Assembly: GCA_964436465.1 (NCBI GenBank)
Contig: CAYTCV010000002.1
Span: 34,345-98,344, forward strand
DNA length: 64,000 bases
Source of the DNA: an uncultured bacterium
GTDB taxonomy: Bacteria; RBG-13-66-14
Direction: 5' to 3'
The number at the start of each line of letters is the position of its first letter. Position 1 is the first letter of the stretch. The notes under the pieces were generated by a model that saw only the letters and a list, made by a program, of their open reading frames with translations, searched no databases and was not told where the DNA came from. Positions 8,565 to 19,054 of this stretch are shown one piece after another. Made by a program: the position numbers and the translations under genes.

Positions 8565-10622
8565 ATGCACGAGCTCACCATAGTCCTCAACCGCGCAACT
8601 CCCGACGGAGTCCGTATCTACGAGATTGCCGGCATGCTCGGCATCGAGGGCTCGACGGATATCCAGAAGCTCTTCGAGACCTGTCTGGGCGAGGGCGTGT
8701 TCAACACGGTTTTTATCCTCGACAAGCTCGAGTTCATCTCGAGCGCGGGCGTGGGCGCCTTCATCTCCGTGGCCAAGGAGGTCCGGGCCTCGGACGGCGA
8801 CATCGTTTTCGCGGACATACCCCCCCGAATTCGCCGCGTGCTGGAATCCCTGGACCTGCTGGATTACTTCAAGATTTACGACTCGGTCGATGAGGCCCTG
8901 AATCATTTTTCCCGCCTGACCCCCACGACGACCGAGGTGCAGAATGCGGCCCGGGTGGCCGAATCCTCCATCGAGGTTCCCCTCCGCTCCCTGGCCACCC
9001 CCAAGGATGTGCTCGAATTCTCGGACATCCTGGTCCGGCTCAGGAGCGCAGACCAGCCCATCGCGCTGGCCCTTTCGGCTGTCGTCGAGGCCTTCGGCAT
9101 CCCGTGGATGGCGCTTTTCAACCAGACGTGCGACGGCTTTTTCGCGCCTCTGGTCGTTGCGGGTCAGGGGACCGGCATCGGCCCGGGCTTCCGCCTGCCG
9201 GTGGACGGGGATTTCGTGGACCGCCTGCGCAGTGCGAAGAGCGATTTTATCCTTTTCCCGCGCTGGCGCCGCCTGTTCCCCCCGTCGGAGGAACTCGAGA
9301 CGCTGCAGCTGGCGGGCACCCAGGGGATTTTCCGCATCCGCTCGGGCGAGGGGCTCCACGCGTTCATCTGCTTCGGCCCCAGTCCCATCATCGAGGGCGA
9401 GGTCGAGGCCCTCTCACTTCTGGGCCGTCAGCTCAACTGGTTCATCCTCTACCACCTCTCCGTCGAGCCTCTGGTGGGTGAGCTGGCGGCCGCCTCGGAA
9501 CGGCTGTCGCAGGCGGACGAGGAGTTGACCCTGGCGGGTAAGAAGCTCACCCGCAAGACCCTTGAGCTCAAGACCCTGTTCCAGGCCGCCCGTGATTTCA
9601 GCGGTCAGTACGCCGTCCACGAGCTGTTGAACACCTTCCTGGTCATCGTCATCGGGCAGCTGGGGGTCAGCCGCACGGTGGTATTCCTGATGGACGGCGA
9701 CCATCTGAACCTCAAGCTGGCCAAGGGCATCACCGACGAGCTGGACCTGACGTACTCCCAGGTTCTCTCCGAGGATGTCCGCCGCGAGCTCCTGGCGGCG
9801 AGGAAGCCGTTGCCGCTGGAAGCCCTGGACGGGGAAGGCGCGGCCGGCCTGAAGCAGAAGCTCACCGAGCTGGGCCTGACGATGGTCTGCGGGCTCGTCT
9901 CTACGCGCGAGTTCCTCGGCGTACTGGCCCTGGGACCCAGGGTCGGACAGACGGATTACGACGCCGAGGAGCTGCGTCTCATCTGGAACCTCTCCAAGCA
10001 GGTGTCCGTCCACCTGGAGAATGCCCGCCTGTTCCAGCGCCTGCACAAGCACGACCGCGACACCGTCGGCCGCCTCATCGCCGCCATAGACGCCCGTGAC
10101 CCCTATACCCGCGGCCACTCCGAACGCGTCAGCCGGTACGTGGCCAAGCTCGCGCAGATGATGGCCCTGCCCCGGCAGGAAATCCACCAAATCGTCTACG
10201 GCGCCATTCTGCACGACGTCGGCATGATAGCTACCCTGGCCGACGCCACCATCCAGGACACGGTTCAGCTGTCCGAGGAGGAGCAGAGACAGGTGGAGGC
10301 GCATCCCGAGGTCGGCGCGGATATCCTCAAGCTCCTCGGTTTCGACGAGGAGTGCGTCAAGACCGTCAGCCAACATCACGAGCGTTGGGACGGGAAGGGC
10401 TACCCCCTGGGGCTCGCGGGCGGGGAGATTTACATCGGCGCGCGCCTGGTGGCCATCGCCGATTCGTACGACACGATGATTTCGGGGCGGCGCTACCAGC
10501 AGCCCAAAACCACGCGGTTCGCCGTGGCCGAGCTCGAGGCCGAGGCCGGGTCGCGCTACGACCCCAAGGTGGTAACCCAATTCGTCCGGTTAATCACCAC
10601 CGTGGGGAGCGACGAGGCCTGA
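8565..10622 (+). CDS. STAS + GAF + HD-GYP domain protein (putative c-di-GMP phosphodiesterase)
   Basis: N-terminal STAS FISSAGVG; GAF-like middle region; YTRGHSERV, LHDVG, HHERWDGKGYP, ADSYDTM. Confidence 0.85.
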   Translation: MHELTIVLNRATPDGVRIYEIAGMLGIEGSTDIQKLFETCLGEGVFNTVFILDKLEFISSAGVGAFISVAKEVRASDGDIVFADIPPRIRRVLESLDLLDYFKIYDSVDEALNHFSRLTPTTTEVQNAARVAESSIEVPLRSLATPKDVLEFSDILVRLRSADQPIALALSAVVEAFGIPWMALFNQTCDGFFAPLVVAGQGTGIGPGFRLPVDGDFVDRLRSAKSDFILFPRWRRLFPPSEELETLQLAGTQGIFRIRSGEGLHAFICFGPSPIIEGEVEALSLLGRQLNWFILYHLSVEPLVGELAAASERLSQADEELTLAGKKLTRKTLELKTLFQAARDFSGQYAVHELLNTFLVIVIGQLGVSRTVVFLMDGDHLNLKLAKGITDELDLTYSQVLSEDVRRELLAARKPLPLEALDGEGAAGLKQKLTELGLTMVCGLVSTREFLGVLALGPRVGQTDYDAEELRLIWNLSKQVSVHLENARLFQRLHKHDRDTVGRLIAAIDARDPYTRGHSERVSRYVAKLAQMMALPRQEIHQIVYGAILHDVGMIATLADATIQDTVQLSEEEQRQVEAHPEVGADILKLLGFDEECVKTVSQHHERWDGKGYPLGLAGGEIYIGARLVAIADSYDTMISGRRYQQPKTTRFAVAELEAEAGSRYDPKVVTQFVRLITTVGSDEA

Positions 10623-10651
10623 CCGGTCTATCCCGCTTCAAGGAGCGTACA

Positions 10652-11101
10652 GTGGCTGAGAAGGGTCGTATGGTACGGATTTTTTCCGGCGAGGTCGAGA
10701 CCGGCAGCGCCGCCGCTTTCGGCCTGGCGATGACCCGACGCGGTACCGGCGGACGGGTGGCGGTGGTGCGGTTTCTCAGACCGGAAACGTCCGGGGAGGC
10801 CGAGTCGGCGGTCAGGCTGGGAATCGATGTATTTCCCTGTGACCTCGGTGTGGACGGACGGAGCTCGGCGGATAAAGCCTGGCGGACGGCGACCGACCTC
10901 TTCGAGGCCGGGAACCACGACCTCGTGGTGCTGGACGGGCTCCTGGACGCGGTGGAGGCCGGTTTCATCGCTCTCGTTGATGTCGAGACGGTGTTCGAGG
11001 TGGGATTTCCCGTGGAGCTGGTCCTCACCGGCCGCCGGGCGCCCATGGAGCTGGTGAAGCGGGCCGATGCCGTAATCGAGATACTGGACATCAAGCATTG
11101 A
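10652..11101 (+). CDS. Divergent CobO/BtuR (cob(I)alamin adenosyltransferase)-like protein
   Basis: GTG after AGGAG; AAFGLAM, VVRFL, DLVVLD, ELVLTGRRAP..L...AD resemble CobO; P-loop degenerate and C-terminus short. Confidence 0.6.
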   Translation: MAEKGRMVRIFSGEVETGSAAAFGLAMTRRGTGGRVAVVRFLRPETSGEAESAVRLGIDVFPCDLGVDGRSSADKAWRTATDLFEAGNHDLVVLDGLLDAVEAGFIALVDVETVFEVGFPVELVLTGRRAPMELVKRADAVIEILDIKH

Positions 11102-11289
11102 TACCGGTGGGTCGTTTCCCGACCGGAGCGGGGGCTCGGTTCGGAATCAAAGGCACGGTATGCGATGGCGGAGGGCGGCCGTAGCCCTCCTCCTTGCAGG
11201 AAGTCATTCCGCCGTGTCAGAATGACTTTGTCGGTCGGCTTGGTTCGTACGAATGCGATGGCGTCGCCGTGGCCTTGAAAAATGGCGGA

Positions 11290-12606
11290 GTGTTGAAAGT
11301 CGTCCTCTTCACCGTCGTGTCGCTTCTGTTAACGGCCGCGCTGGTCCTGGCCTGCCTGCCGAACCGGCTGGGCTTCGGCCCCTGGGCCGGCGAGATTGTC
11401 GAGGAGCATTACGACGTGCGGAACGCGCTTGCCGAGCGCATCGGGGAGCTTTCCGACGAGGAGCTGGTCGGTCAGCTCTTCGTGGTCGGGATTGACGGCC
11501 TCGACCTGAACGGCGCCACGGAGGAGCGGCTCGCCGGTCTCCGGCCCGCCGGGGTCATCCTCTTCGCCCGGAACATCGCCGACGCCGACCGGCTCCGGGG
11601 GCTGACCGGCGCTTTGCAGGCGGAGGCCGCGGAGCTGGGCCTGCCCGGCCTGCTCATTGCCGTGGACCAGGAGGGGGGGAGGGTTCGGCGGCTGAAGGAC
11701 GGTTTTTCCTCCATCCCGGCCATGGGCGGGCTGCCGGATAGGACGGACCCCGGGGGCGCCGAGATTTTAGGGGAGGTAATCGGCCGGGAGCTGGCCGCGG
11801 TGGGCTGCAACTGGAATCTGGCCCCGGTGGTGGACGTGCTGACGAACCCGTCCAACCCGGGAATAGGTGACCGCTCCTTCTCGGGCGACCCGGCCGTGGT
11901 CTGCGAGTACGCCGCCGCGGTGGCTCGGGGGATTCTCGCCGCCGGCGTCGCCGTCTGCGCCAAGCACTTCCCCGGAAAGGGCGAAGCCGCCGTGGACGCC
12001 CACTACGACCTGCCGGTCATCGCCGTGGACCGCGAGCACCTCGAGAATTACGAGTGGCCCCCCTTCCGCGCGCTCCTGACCGACGGCCAGTGGCTCAAGG
12101 CGGCGATGGTCAGCCATGTGGTCATCCCCGTCCTGGACCCCGAGGAGCCCGCCAGCCTCTCTCCGGCGGCCTACGACGCCCTGCGGGGTTATATCGGCTT
12201 CGACGGCGTGGCCGTGACCGACGACCTGGAGATGGGGGCCATCGTCAAGAACTACGGCCTGCCGGAGGCGGCGGTGATGGCGCTGGGCGCCGGGGCCGAC
12301 CTGGTGCTCATCTGCCACACGGCGGCCCAGATGACCGGAGCCCGGGACGCCGTCCTGGCGGCGTTGAAAGAAGGCGGCCTGGAGCGCGATTCGCTCCGCC
12401 GCCACGTTCTGCGTGTATGGCTCTTCAAGCTGGCGCTGGGCCTGTCGCTGCCCGGGCTCGCCGATTACGACCGCGCCTTCGAGGACGTTTGTCTGCGACT
12501 GGGGCTGGACCCCGTCGAGCGTCGGAGTCTATTGGACAATCCGCCCGACGTCTCGGTCTGCGGCTCGGCCGAGCACCGGTCCCTGCTGAACGCCGCTCTG
12601 CGCTAA
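11290..12606 (+). CDS. nagZ: Beta-N-acetylhexosaminidase, glycoside hydrolase family 3
   Basis: AVDQEGGRVRR, NLAPVVDV, KHFPGKG, DAH, TDDLEMGA; N-terminal hydrophobic anchor. Confidence 0.85.
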   Translation: MLKVVLFTVVSLLLTAALVLACLPNRLGFGPWAGEIVEEHYDVRNALAERIGELSDEELVGQLFVVGIDGLDLNGATEERLAGLRPAGVILFARNIADADRLRGLTGALQAEAAELGLPGLLIAVDQEGGRVRRLKDGFSSIPAMGGLPDRTDPGGAEILGEVIGRELAAVGCNWNLAPVVDVLTNPSNPGIGDRSFSGDPAVVCEYAAAVARGILAAGVAVCAKHFPGKGEAAVDAHYDLPVIAVDREHLENYEWPPFRALLTDGQWLKAAMVSHVVIPVLDPEEPASLSPAAYDALRGYIGFDGVAVTDDLEMGAIVKNYGLPEAAVMALGAGADLVLICHTAAQMTGARDAVLAALKEGGLERDSLRRHVLRVWLFKLALGLSLPGLADYDRAFEDVCLRLGLDPVERRSLLDNPPDVSVCGSAEHRSLLNAALR

Positions 12607-14291
12607 CCCGGCTTCCTCTCCCCTTCCCCCCGCATCCGTTCGTCCAGGGCCATCTTCCTCGCGATGACCCGCCCCCAGTCCTGCTCCGCGGCCCACCGCC
12701 GCGCCCCCTCGCCCAGTTTTTTCAAGAGGTCCGGGTCGCGCCACAGGCGGATGATTTTTTCGCAGCAGTCGTCCGGGTCCCACGGGTCGCACAGCAGGCC
12801 CGTCTCCCCGTCATGCACGGCGTCGGGAATCCCCCCGGACCGGCCGCCGACCTGCGGCGTCCCCGCCGCCCCGGCCTCCAGGAAGACGATGCCGAACCCC
12901 TCGAAGGAGCCGGGCGGGTCGTCCCGGCTGGGCATTACGAAAAGGTCGGCCAGATGGTAAAAGGCCGCCAGCTCCTCGTCGGGAATCCGCCCCAACAGGC
13001 GCACCGCGTCCGTCAGGCCCAGCTCGGCGACCATTTCGCGGATGCGCGGCAAGTAGAAGCCGTCGCCGCCCAGGAGGAGCACGGTCTCGGGAAATTCCCC
13101 CAAAACCCTGGGGAGGGCCCGCAGAACGGTGTCAAAGCCCTTGAGCGGAATCACCCGGCCGACGATGAACAGTATTTTCGCGTCGGGGGGGATGCGGTGA
13201 CGCCGGCGGAGCCCGTCGAGGAGGCCCGCGTCCGGCGGGGCGGCGAAATGCCCAAAGTCCACGCCGGGGTGGATGATTTCGATTTTCTCCGGGGGCACGC
13301 CGTGGCCCCGTTCCACAATCTCGGCGCAGAAATGCGCGTTGGCCAGCACCGCCGCCGCCGCGCGGAAACTTTTCGTGAAGAAGGGCGACAGACGCTTATC
13401 TTTGGAAAAGCGCAGGGTTTCGGTGCCGTGGGCGTAGATGAGGTACGGCCAGCCGCCGATTGCCGCCAGAAGCATGGCCACCATCGAGTCGGGGTGGCAG
13501 TACCCGACGTGGATGGTGTCCGGCGCACCCTCGGCGATGAGCCGGCAGGCGGCCTCGAAATCCGCCAGAAATTCGGCGGCCTTCCCCGCGGGGCAGGCGG
13601 CGAGGAATTTCTTCGCGGTCTCGACTGCCTCGCGTGACGGCGACCGTCCCGGGAGGAGGCGGACGGTCTCGGCGGCCCGGCGCGCCAACCGGCGTAACTC
13701 CCGCAGCCGGAAGCGCCTCCCGGTGTAGACGCGTCGGACGGGCACCGGGCAGGCCGCGTCGTAGTTCCGCCAGCCCGCGCGGTAGCCGTCCAGCACGCGC
13801 ACGGGGAGGCCGTGTTTCGCAAATCCCTCGGCGGCGTGGACCATCGAAGTTTGAATCCCCCCCTTGGAGGGCGGGTAAGAGTGGGCTAAAAGGAGTACGC
13901 CTCCCGTTTTCGGCGGCGTTCCGCTCGGGACGGTCTCCCGCAGTCGCCGGGCGAACTCACGCGCCGCCGCGCGGGACGGGATTTTCCGAAAAAAAGGCAG
14001 CGTCCAGAAGAGCCCGGCCCTGGTTAGCCGCTGCACCGGCGAGACGAGCGGAACGAACCAGACCTGCTCCCCCAGGGACAGGGCCGCGAGGAGGAGCCAC
14101 GGCTTCACGTGGCGCGGGTCCTTGCACGCGAGGTAGACGCGCCGGTAGTGCGAAAAATTCGCCGCCGCGCGCACCGCCCGGAAGAGGCCGAAACCGCCCG
14201 CAGCGGGGAGGTCGTCGAGGCGGATGCACTCACTCGCCGCGGGCCACGCGGCGCCCTCGGGGTAGTTGACGTCGATGACGAGGTTGCGCAT
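12603..14291 (-). CDS. GT4 glycosyltransferase with extra N-terminal region
   Basis: YPPSKGGIQ, HGTET, GRVIPLKGFD, EGFGIVFLEAGA, GGIPDAV. Confidence 0.85.
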   Translation of the reverse strand: MRNLVIDVNYPEGAAWPAASECIRLDDLPAAGGFGLFRAVRAAANFSHYRRVYLACKDPRHVKPWLLLAALSLGEQVWFVPLVSPVQRLTRAGLFWTLPFFRKIPSRAAAREFARRLRETVPSGTPPKTGGVLLLAHSYPPSKGGIQTSMVHAAEGFAKHGLPVRVLDGYRAGWRNYDAACPVPVRRVYTGRRFRLRELRRLARRAAETVRLLPGRSPSREAVETAKKFLAACPAGKAAEFLADFEAACRLIAEGAPDTIHVGYCHPDSMVAMLLAAIGGWPYLIYAHGTETLRFSKDKRLSPFFTKSFRAAAAVLANAHFCAEIVERGHGVPPEKIEIIHPGVDFGHFAAPPDAGLLDGLRRRHRIPPDAKILFIVGRVIPLKGFDTVLRALPRVLGEFPETVLLLGGDGFYLPRIREMVAELGLTDAVRLLGRIPDEELAAFYHLADLFVMPSRDDPPGSFEGFGIVFLEAGAAGTPQVGGRSGGIPDAVHDGETGLLCDPWDPDDCCEKIIRLWRDPDLLKKLGEGARRWAAEQDWGRVIARKMALDERMRGEGERKPG

Positions 14292-15238
14292 CAGCGGTAC
14301 TCCAACAGGAGCGTCTGGGCCGCGGCCCAGCCCTCGTCGCCGTTGACCAGCACCAGGTCGTGCAGGTTCTCGTCGGTGGGCGGGTCGAGGTACTCCGGCT
14401 CACCGTTGACGTAGTGAACCAGCGTGCCCGTCGGGCCGCAGAGCCAGAGGGCGTCGTCGCGGTCCGGCTCGACGGCCAGCCCCCACAGGGGAACGCCGGT
14501 GTCGGCGACCATCTCCATCGTCCCGACCTCGTAGCGATAGACGCGGCCGTCGGCGTCCACGGCCCAGCCGGTGTCGGAGTTCGTCAGGGCGCAATCCTCC
14601 AGCCGCCCGCCGGCCGTCTCAGCCACGGTGCAGTCGGCGTCTTCGTAGTCGAAGCGCAGGTAGGCGCCGTTGCCGGTGGATAACCTCTCGCCGACAACGA
14701 GCACCTCTCCCGAGTGATGGTAGTCCACCGCTCGCCAGAGATAATCGCTATCGCTCCAGATAAGTTCCCAATCGGGCGGCCACATCCGCCAGACCTGTCC
14801 CTCCGACCCCACGGTGACGGTTCCATCGCAAACGTGTGCGGCAACGTCGGCCAGGAAGGCGGCGCCGTCCAGCTCGTACTCGTGCCACGGGCCCTGGCGT
14901 ATATCGTAGTCGTAGGTGTAGAGGTGACCGTTTTCATCGTTGTCGGCCCCGCAGACCCAGATGTGGCCGTCATCGTCCACGTCTACCCCGGTGAGCTCCA
15001 CGTCGAAATCCCCGGGCACGGGCGTCCAGTCTTCATCCCACTGGCCGTGGTGGCAGAACCAGGCCTGACCGTGTGAGCCCACGGCGAAACCGGTGCCGGA
15101 ATCGTAATCTATGTCCCGCAGGCCCAGCGCCGGGCCACCGGGCAGCTCGAACTCGCTCCAGAACGGCGCCAGGTCGATGTCGGAACAGGCCGCCGCCAGG
15201 AGAAGCGCGGCGGCCATTAAATAGAGTTTTTTCCGCAT
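14291..15238 (-). CDS. Hypothetical lipoprotein, probably a beta-propeller
   Basis: Lipobox LLLAAAC; repeated L.D/G..W.VG..G units; 1-bp overlap with the next gene. Confidence 0.65.
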   Translation of the reverse strand: MRKKLYLMAAALLLAAACSDIDLAPFWSEFELPGGPALGLRDIDYDSGTGFAVGSHGQAWFCHHGQWDEDWTPVPGDFDVELTGVDVDDDGHIWVCGADNDENGHLYTYDYDIRQGPWHEYELDGAAFLADVAAHVCDGTVTVGSEGQVWRMWPPDWELIWSDSDYLWRAVDYHHSGEVLVVGERLSTGNGAYLRFDYEDADCTVAETAGGRLEDCALTNSDTGWAVDADGRVYRYEVGTMEMVADTGVPLWGLAVEPDRDDALWLCGPTGTLVHYVNGEPEYLDPPTDENLHDLVLVNGDEGWAAAQTLLLEYR

Positions 15239-15242
15239 GGGG

Positions 15243-16187
<945 letters not shown>

Positions 16188-16334
16188 GGCGGGACTCCCG
16201 GGGGGCGGGTGGGGACGATAATTTTTCCGACGATTATTCTACCACAGCCGCCCCGGTCGCCGGGCGTCGACGGCGCCAAAAAAGGGGACGGCCTTGCGCC
16301 ATCCCCGTGATAACCCTAACGCCGCGTTGCCGAT

Positions 16335-18218
16335 TCAGCGGGCGATGACCAGCCGGCGGAAAACCGTCCCGACCTCGCCGGCGAGTTTTACCAAATACAC
16401 GCCCGGGGCCGTGGCCGAGGCGTCCCACACCACGCGGCCCGCCGCCGGCGACACCGCCGTGGAGAACACCTCCCGGCCGGAGAGGTCGTAAACGGCGAGA
16501 TGGGACTCCCCGTCGCCGGGGACGGTGAAGTCGAAGGTTACCCGGTCGGAGGCGGGCGAGGGGTAGGGCGTGCTGAGGGTGAGTCGAGCATTTTCATTCC
16601 CGACGGGTCCCACCTCCACCGGCCCGAGGCGCATCTTCAGACCGGCGATGTCCGTCACTTCGAGAATGTAGGAGCAGACGGCATCCGGGGCTTCCCGGTC
16701 GAGGTAGCGGCCCTCGGCGGAATCCAGCCGGACCACCGTGGTCTCCCCGCGCAGCAGAACGACCGACCGCGCGTCGGACACGCTCCAGCCGGCCAGGACG
16801 CCGTCCCCGGTGCGCGAGGCGCTGAACTCGGCGTCACCGACGCCGGTCCCGCTGACGTCGGCCTGGTAGTCGTAGGTTCCGGGTCCCGCCAAGGTAGGCC
16901 TCGTCGTGGCCAGCACCACCTTATCGTGGATGTACGGGAATTCCGGAGCCTCGAAGGTGGACCGGTTATCCGAATCCAGGTCCAGCCGCACGACCTCGGT
17001 GTCCGCCTCGTCATCGGAGCTGATGCGCAGGACGTCCACGGTGAAGTCGGAGGCGACATGGCCGTCAAACGTCCCGTAGAGCCACTCGGTCATCTCCCCG
17101 CCGCGACCGGGTTCCACGAAGAGCACGTACTCCCCGGCGTAGCGCGAGAGGCTGTTGGAGCCCGAGGCGGGGTACTGGTTGTGGATGGAGGCGGGGGTGA
17201 AGAGCGGCAGGTCCTCGCCGAAATAGCTGTAGCGCCCGTCGAAGAGGTCCTCGTCGGCCAGGTCGAGGAAGTTCGCGGCGACCCAGTCGGGCAGGATTTC
17301 CTCGAAGGTTGTCCCGGCGTCCACGGTGTCCAGGGCGTAGTTCACCCCGGTGATGGAGTTGGCCTGCTCGTGGACCAGTTCCCAGATGAGGTCCGTCGGG
17401 TCGGCGGAGCCCTCGCCGTAGTGCTCGTAGAGGTAGAGCGTCCAGAGGTAGGTCTTGATGTAATCGGCCCAGTCGCCGTTCCAGGCCGTCAGGTCGTTGT
17501 CCGAGTGGCCGTTGAAGCCGCTGATGCTGTCGGGATGCCCGAAGAGGAACATGGCCAGCTCTGAGCAGCCTTCGTTGACCCAGAGGTCCTCGTCGTCGTC
17601 CTGGTACCAGTGGAGCATGTGCTGGAACTCGTGGGCGGCGACGGCAATCATGTACGTCCCGCCGGGGTCGCTGCCCGAGCTGTTCAGGTAGACGATTTCC
17701 CGTTCGTTGGAGCGCCACTCGTACTCGCCGTCGGGGTACTCGTCGTAGAACATGAAGAAGCCGTCGGCGGAGATGTCGAAGTCGTAATAGAACAAGAACA
17801 CGCGCGGGTCCCCGTCGATTTCGTCGGGGCACGGCCCGAAGGTGGTGGTGTCGATGTCGTAGATGCCGTCGTCGGGGCGGGGCCCGTCCGAGGAGTTCTC
17901 CCAGTTCTCGAGAATCTGGTCGACGTCGGCCTGGTTTATCTGGCCCGGCCAGACCGTGTCGTCCACCACGACGTAGCCGTGGTCGCTTTTTCCGCGGATT
18001 GTGCAGTCCACGAGGTCCTGCGTGGGGTAGCCGGCGAGGTTCCACTTCCAGAGCTGGATGTGGTCTCCGATGTTGTACTCGTCGGTTCCGGGCGGCGCGG
18101 GGCCGACCCGGGGCGCCTGGACCTCGGCCCGCTGCATCTCGTAAAACCAGAGCGGGGGCTCGGTGATGGCCAGGGCCGCGGCGGCGAAGACCAGCAGTAA
18201 CGCGACGAAGGTTCTCAT
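16335..18218 (-). CDS. Secreted zinc metallopeptidase (HEXXH; M30/immune-inhibitor-like) with Por-tail/FlgD-like C-terminal domain
   Basis: Signal peptide; AHEFQHM...WVNEGCSE; C-terminal YPSPA..F.V....L.VYDLSGR...W....APGVYLVKL. Confidence 0.72.
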   Translation of the reverse strand: MRTFVALLLVFAAAALAITEPPLWFYEMQRAEVQAPRVGPAPPGTDEYNIGDHIQLWKWNLAGYPTQDLVDCTIRGKSDHGYVVVDDTVWPGQINQADVDQILENWENSSDGPRPDDGIYDIDTTTFGPCPDEIDGDPRVFLFYYDFDISADGFFMFYDEYPDGEYEWRSNEREIVYLNSSGSDPGGTYMIAVAAHEFQHMLHWYQDDDEDLWVNEGCSELAMFLFGHPDSISGFNGHSDNDLTAWNGDWADYIKTYLWTLYLYEHYGEGSADPTDLIWELVHEQANSITGVNYALDTVDAGTTFEEILPDWVAANFLDLADEDLFDGRYSYFGEDLPLFTPASIHNQYPASGSNSLSRYAGEYVLFVEPGRGGEMTEWLYGTFDGHVASDFTVDVLRISSDDEADTEVVRLDLDSDNRSTFEAPEFPYIHDKVVLATTRPTLAGPGTYDYQADVSGTGVGDAEFSASRTGDGVLAGWSVSDARSVVLLRGETTVVRLDSAEGRYLDREAPDAVCSYILEVTDIAGLKMRLGPVEVGPVGNENARLTLSTPYPSPASDRVTFDFTVPGDGESHLAVYDLSGREVFSTAVSPAAGRVVWDASATAPGVYLVKLAGEVGTVFRRLVIAR

Positions 18219-18496
18219 GATTACTCCTCGATTGTCCGCGTTCCGCGGCTTTCTGCCACGGCGCGGCGGTTTTTGTCGGAGTGGGCCCGGAGCCGGGAGC
18301 GGCCGGTGGGCTCACCCCTCTAAATCAGCTCCTTCCGGGTTTTTCACCGGGACGTTTCGCGAGAAGTATAGTCCCCAATATCACGAATTGCTAATGGAGC
18401 CCCGGATTCCGTTCCGCCGGGGCCGGGGGCCGCGCGGGATGCCCGCGCTCCTCGCTCACAACCGGGACATGGGGGAGCTGACGGAACGGGCAGGGA

Positions 18497-18991
18497 TTAC
18501 TCTTCCCCGACGTTGAAGCGGTCGTGGTTGAAGTCGGCGCCCTCGGCGCGCACCAGCCCCGCGTTGTCCACGGCGCACTCGATGTGCCCCAGGTCGTCGG
18601 TGTAGGCGTAGTGGTAGCCGGGGGCCGAGCCGTCCTCGCCGACCTCGGGGCAGGTGAGCATCCGGCGGATGTTCTCCGGGTTGGCCGAGTTGGCCATCAG
18701 CTCCTGGGCGTTGGGGTGGGCGTTGGGGTCGGAGAGCCGCGCCCCGGCCGGGCCGACGCGGGCGCCGGGGTGGGTGGACTTGTACCGCGCGATTTCCACC
18801 TCGAGGTTCGACTGGTTGGTGATGCAGGCGGTGCGGTTGGCGTCGGAGATGTAGTCGACGATGTTCGGCACGGCGATGGCGATGAGAATGGCGATGATGG
18901 CCAGGACTATCATCAGCTCGATGAGGGTCAGGCCGCTTTCGCCGAATATCTTCGCCGGCCGGTGGCGCAGTCGGTGGCCCGGACGCTCCAT
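18497..18991 (-). CDS. Type IV pilin / pseudopilin-like protein
   Basis: Class III signal G|LTLIELMIVLAIIAILIAIAVP with Glu5; Cys residues in the globular domain. Confidence 0.85.
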   Translation of the reverse strand: MERPGHRLRHRPAKIFGESGLTLIELMIVLAIIAILIAIAVPNIVDYISDANRTACITNQSNLEVEIARYKSTHPGARVGPAGARLSDPNAHPNAQELMANSANPENIRRMLTCPEVGEDGSAPGYHYAYTDDLGHIECAVDNAGLVRAEGADFNHDRFNVGEE

Positions 18992-19054
18992 GGGGCTCCT
19001 CGTCGGTAAGAATTTTCCTCAAGTATACCGGCGGGCCGGTTGCCGGTCAAGGCG

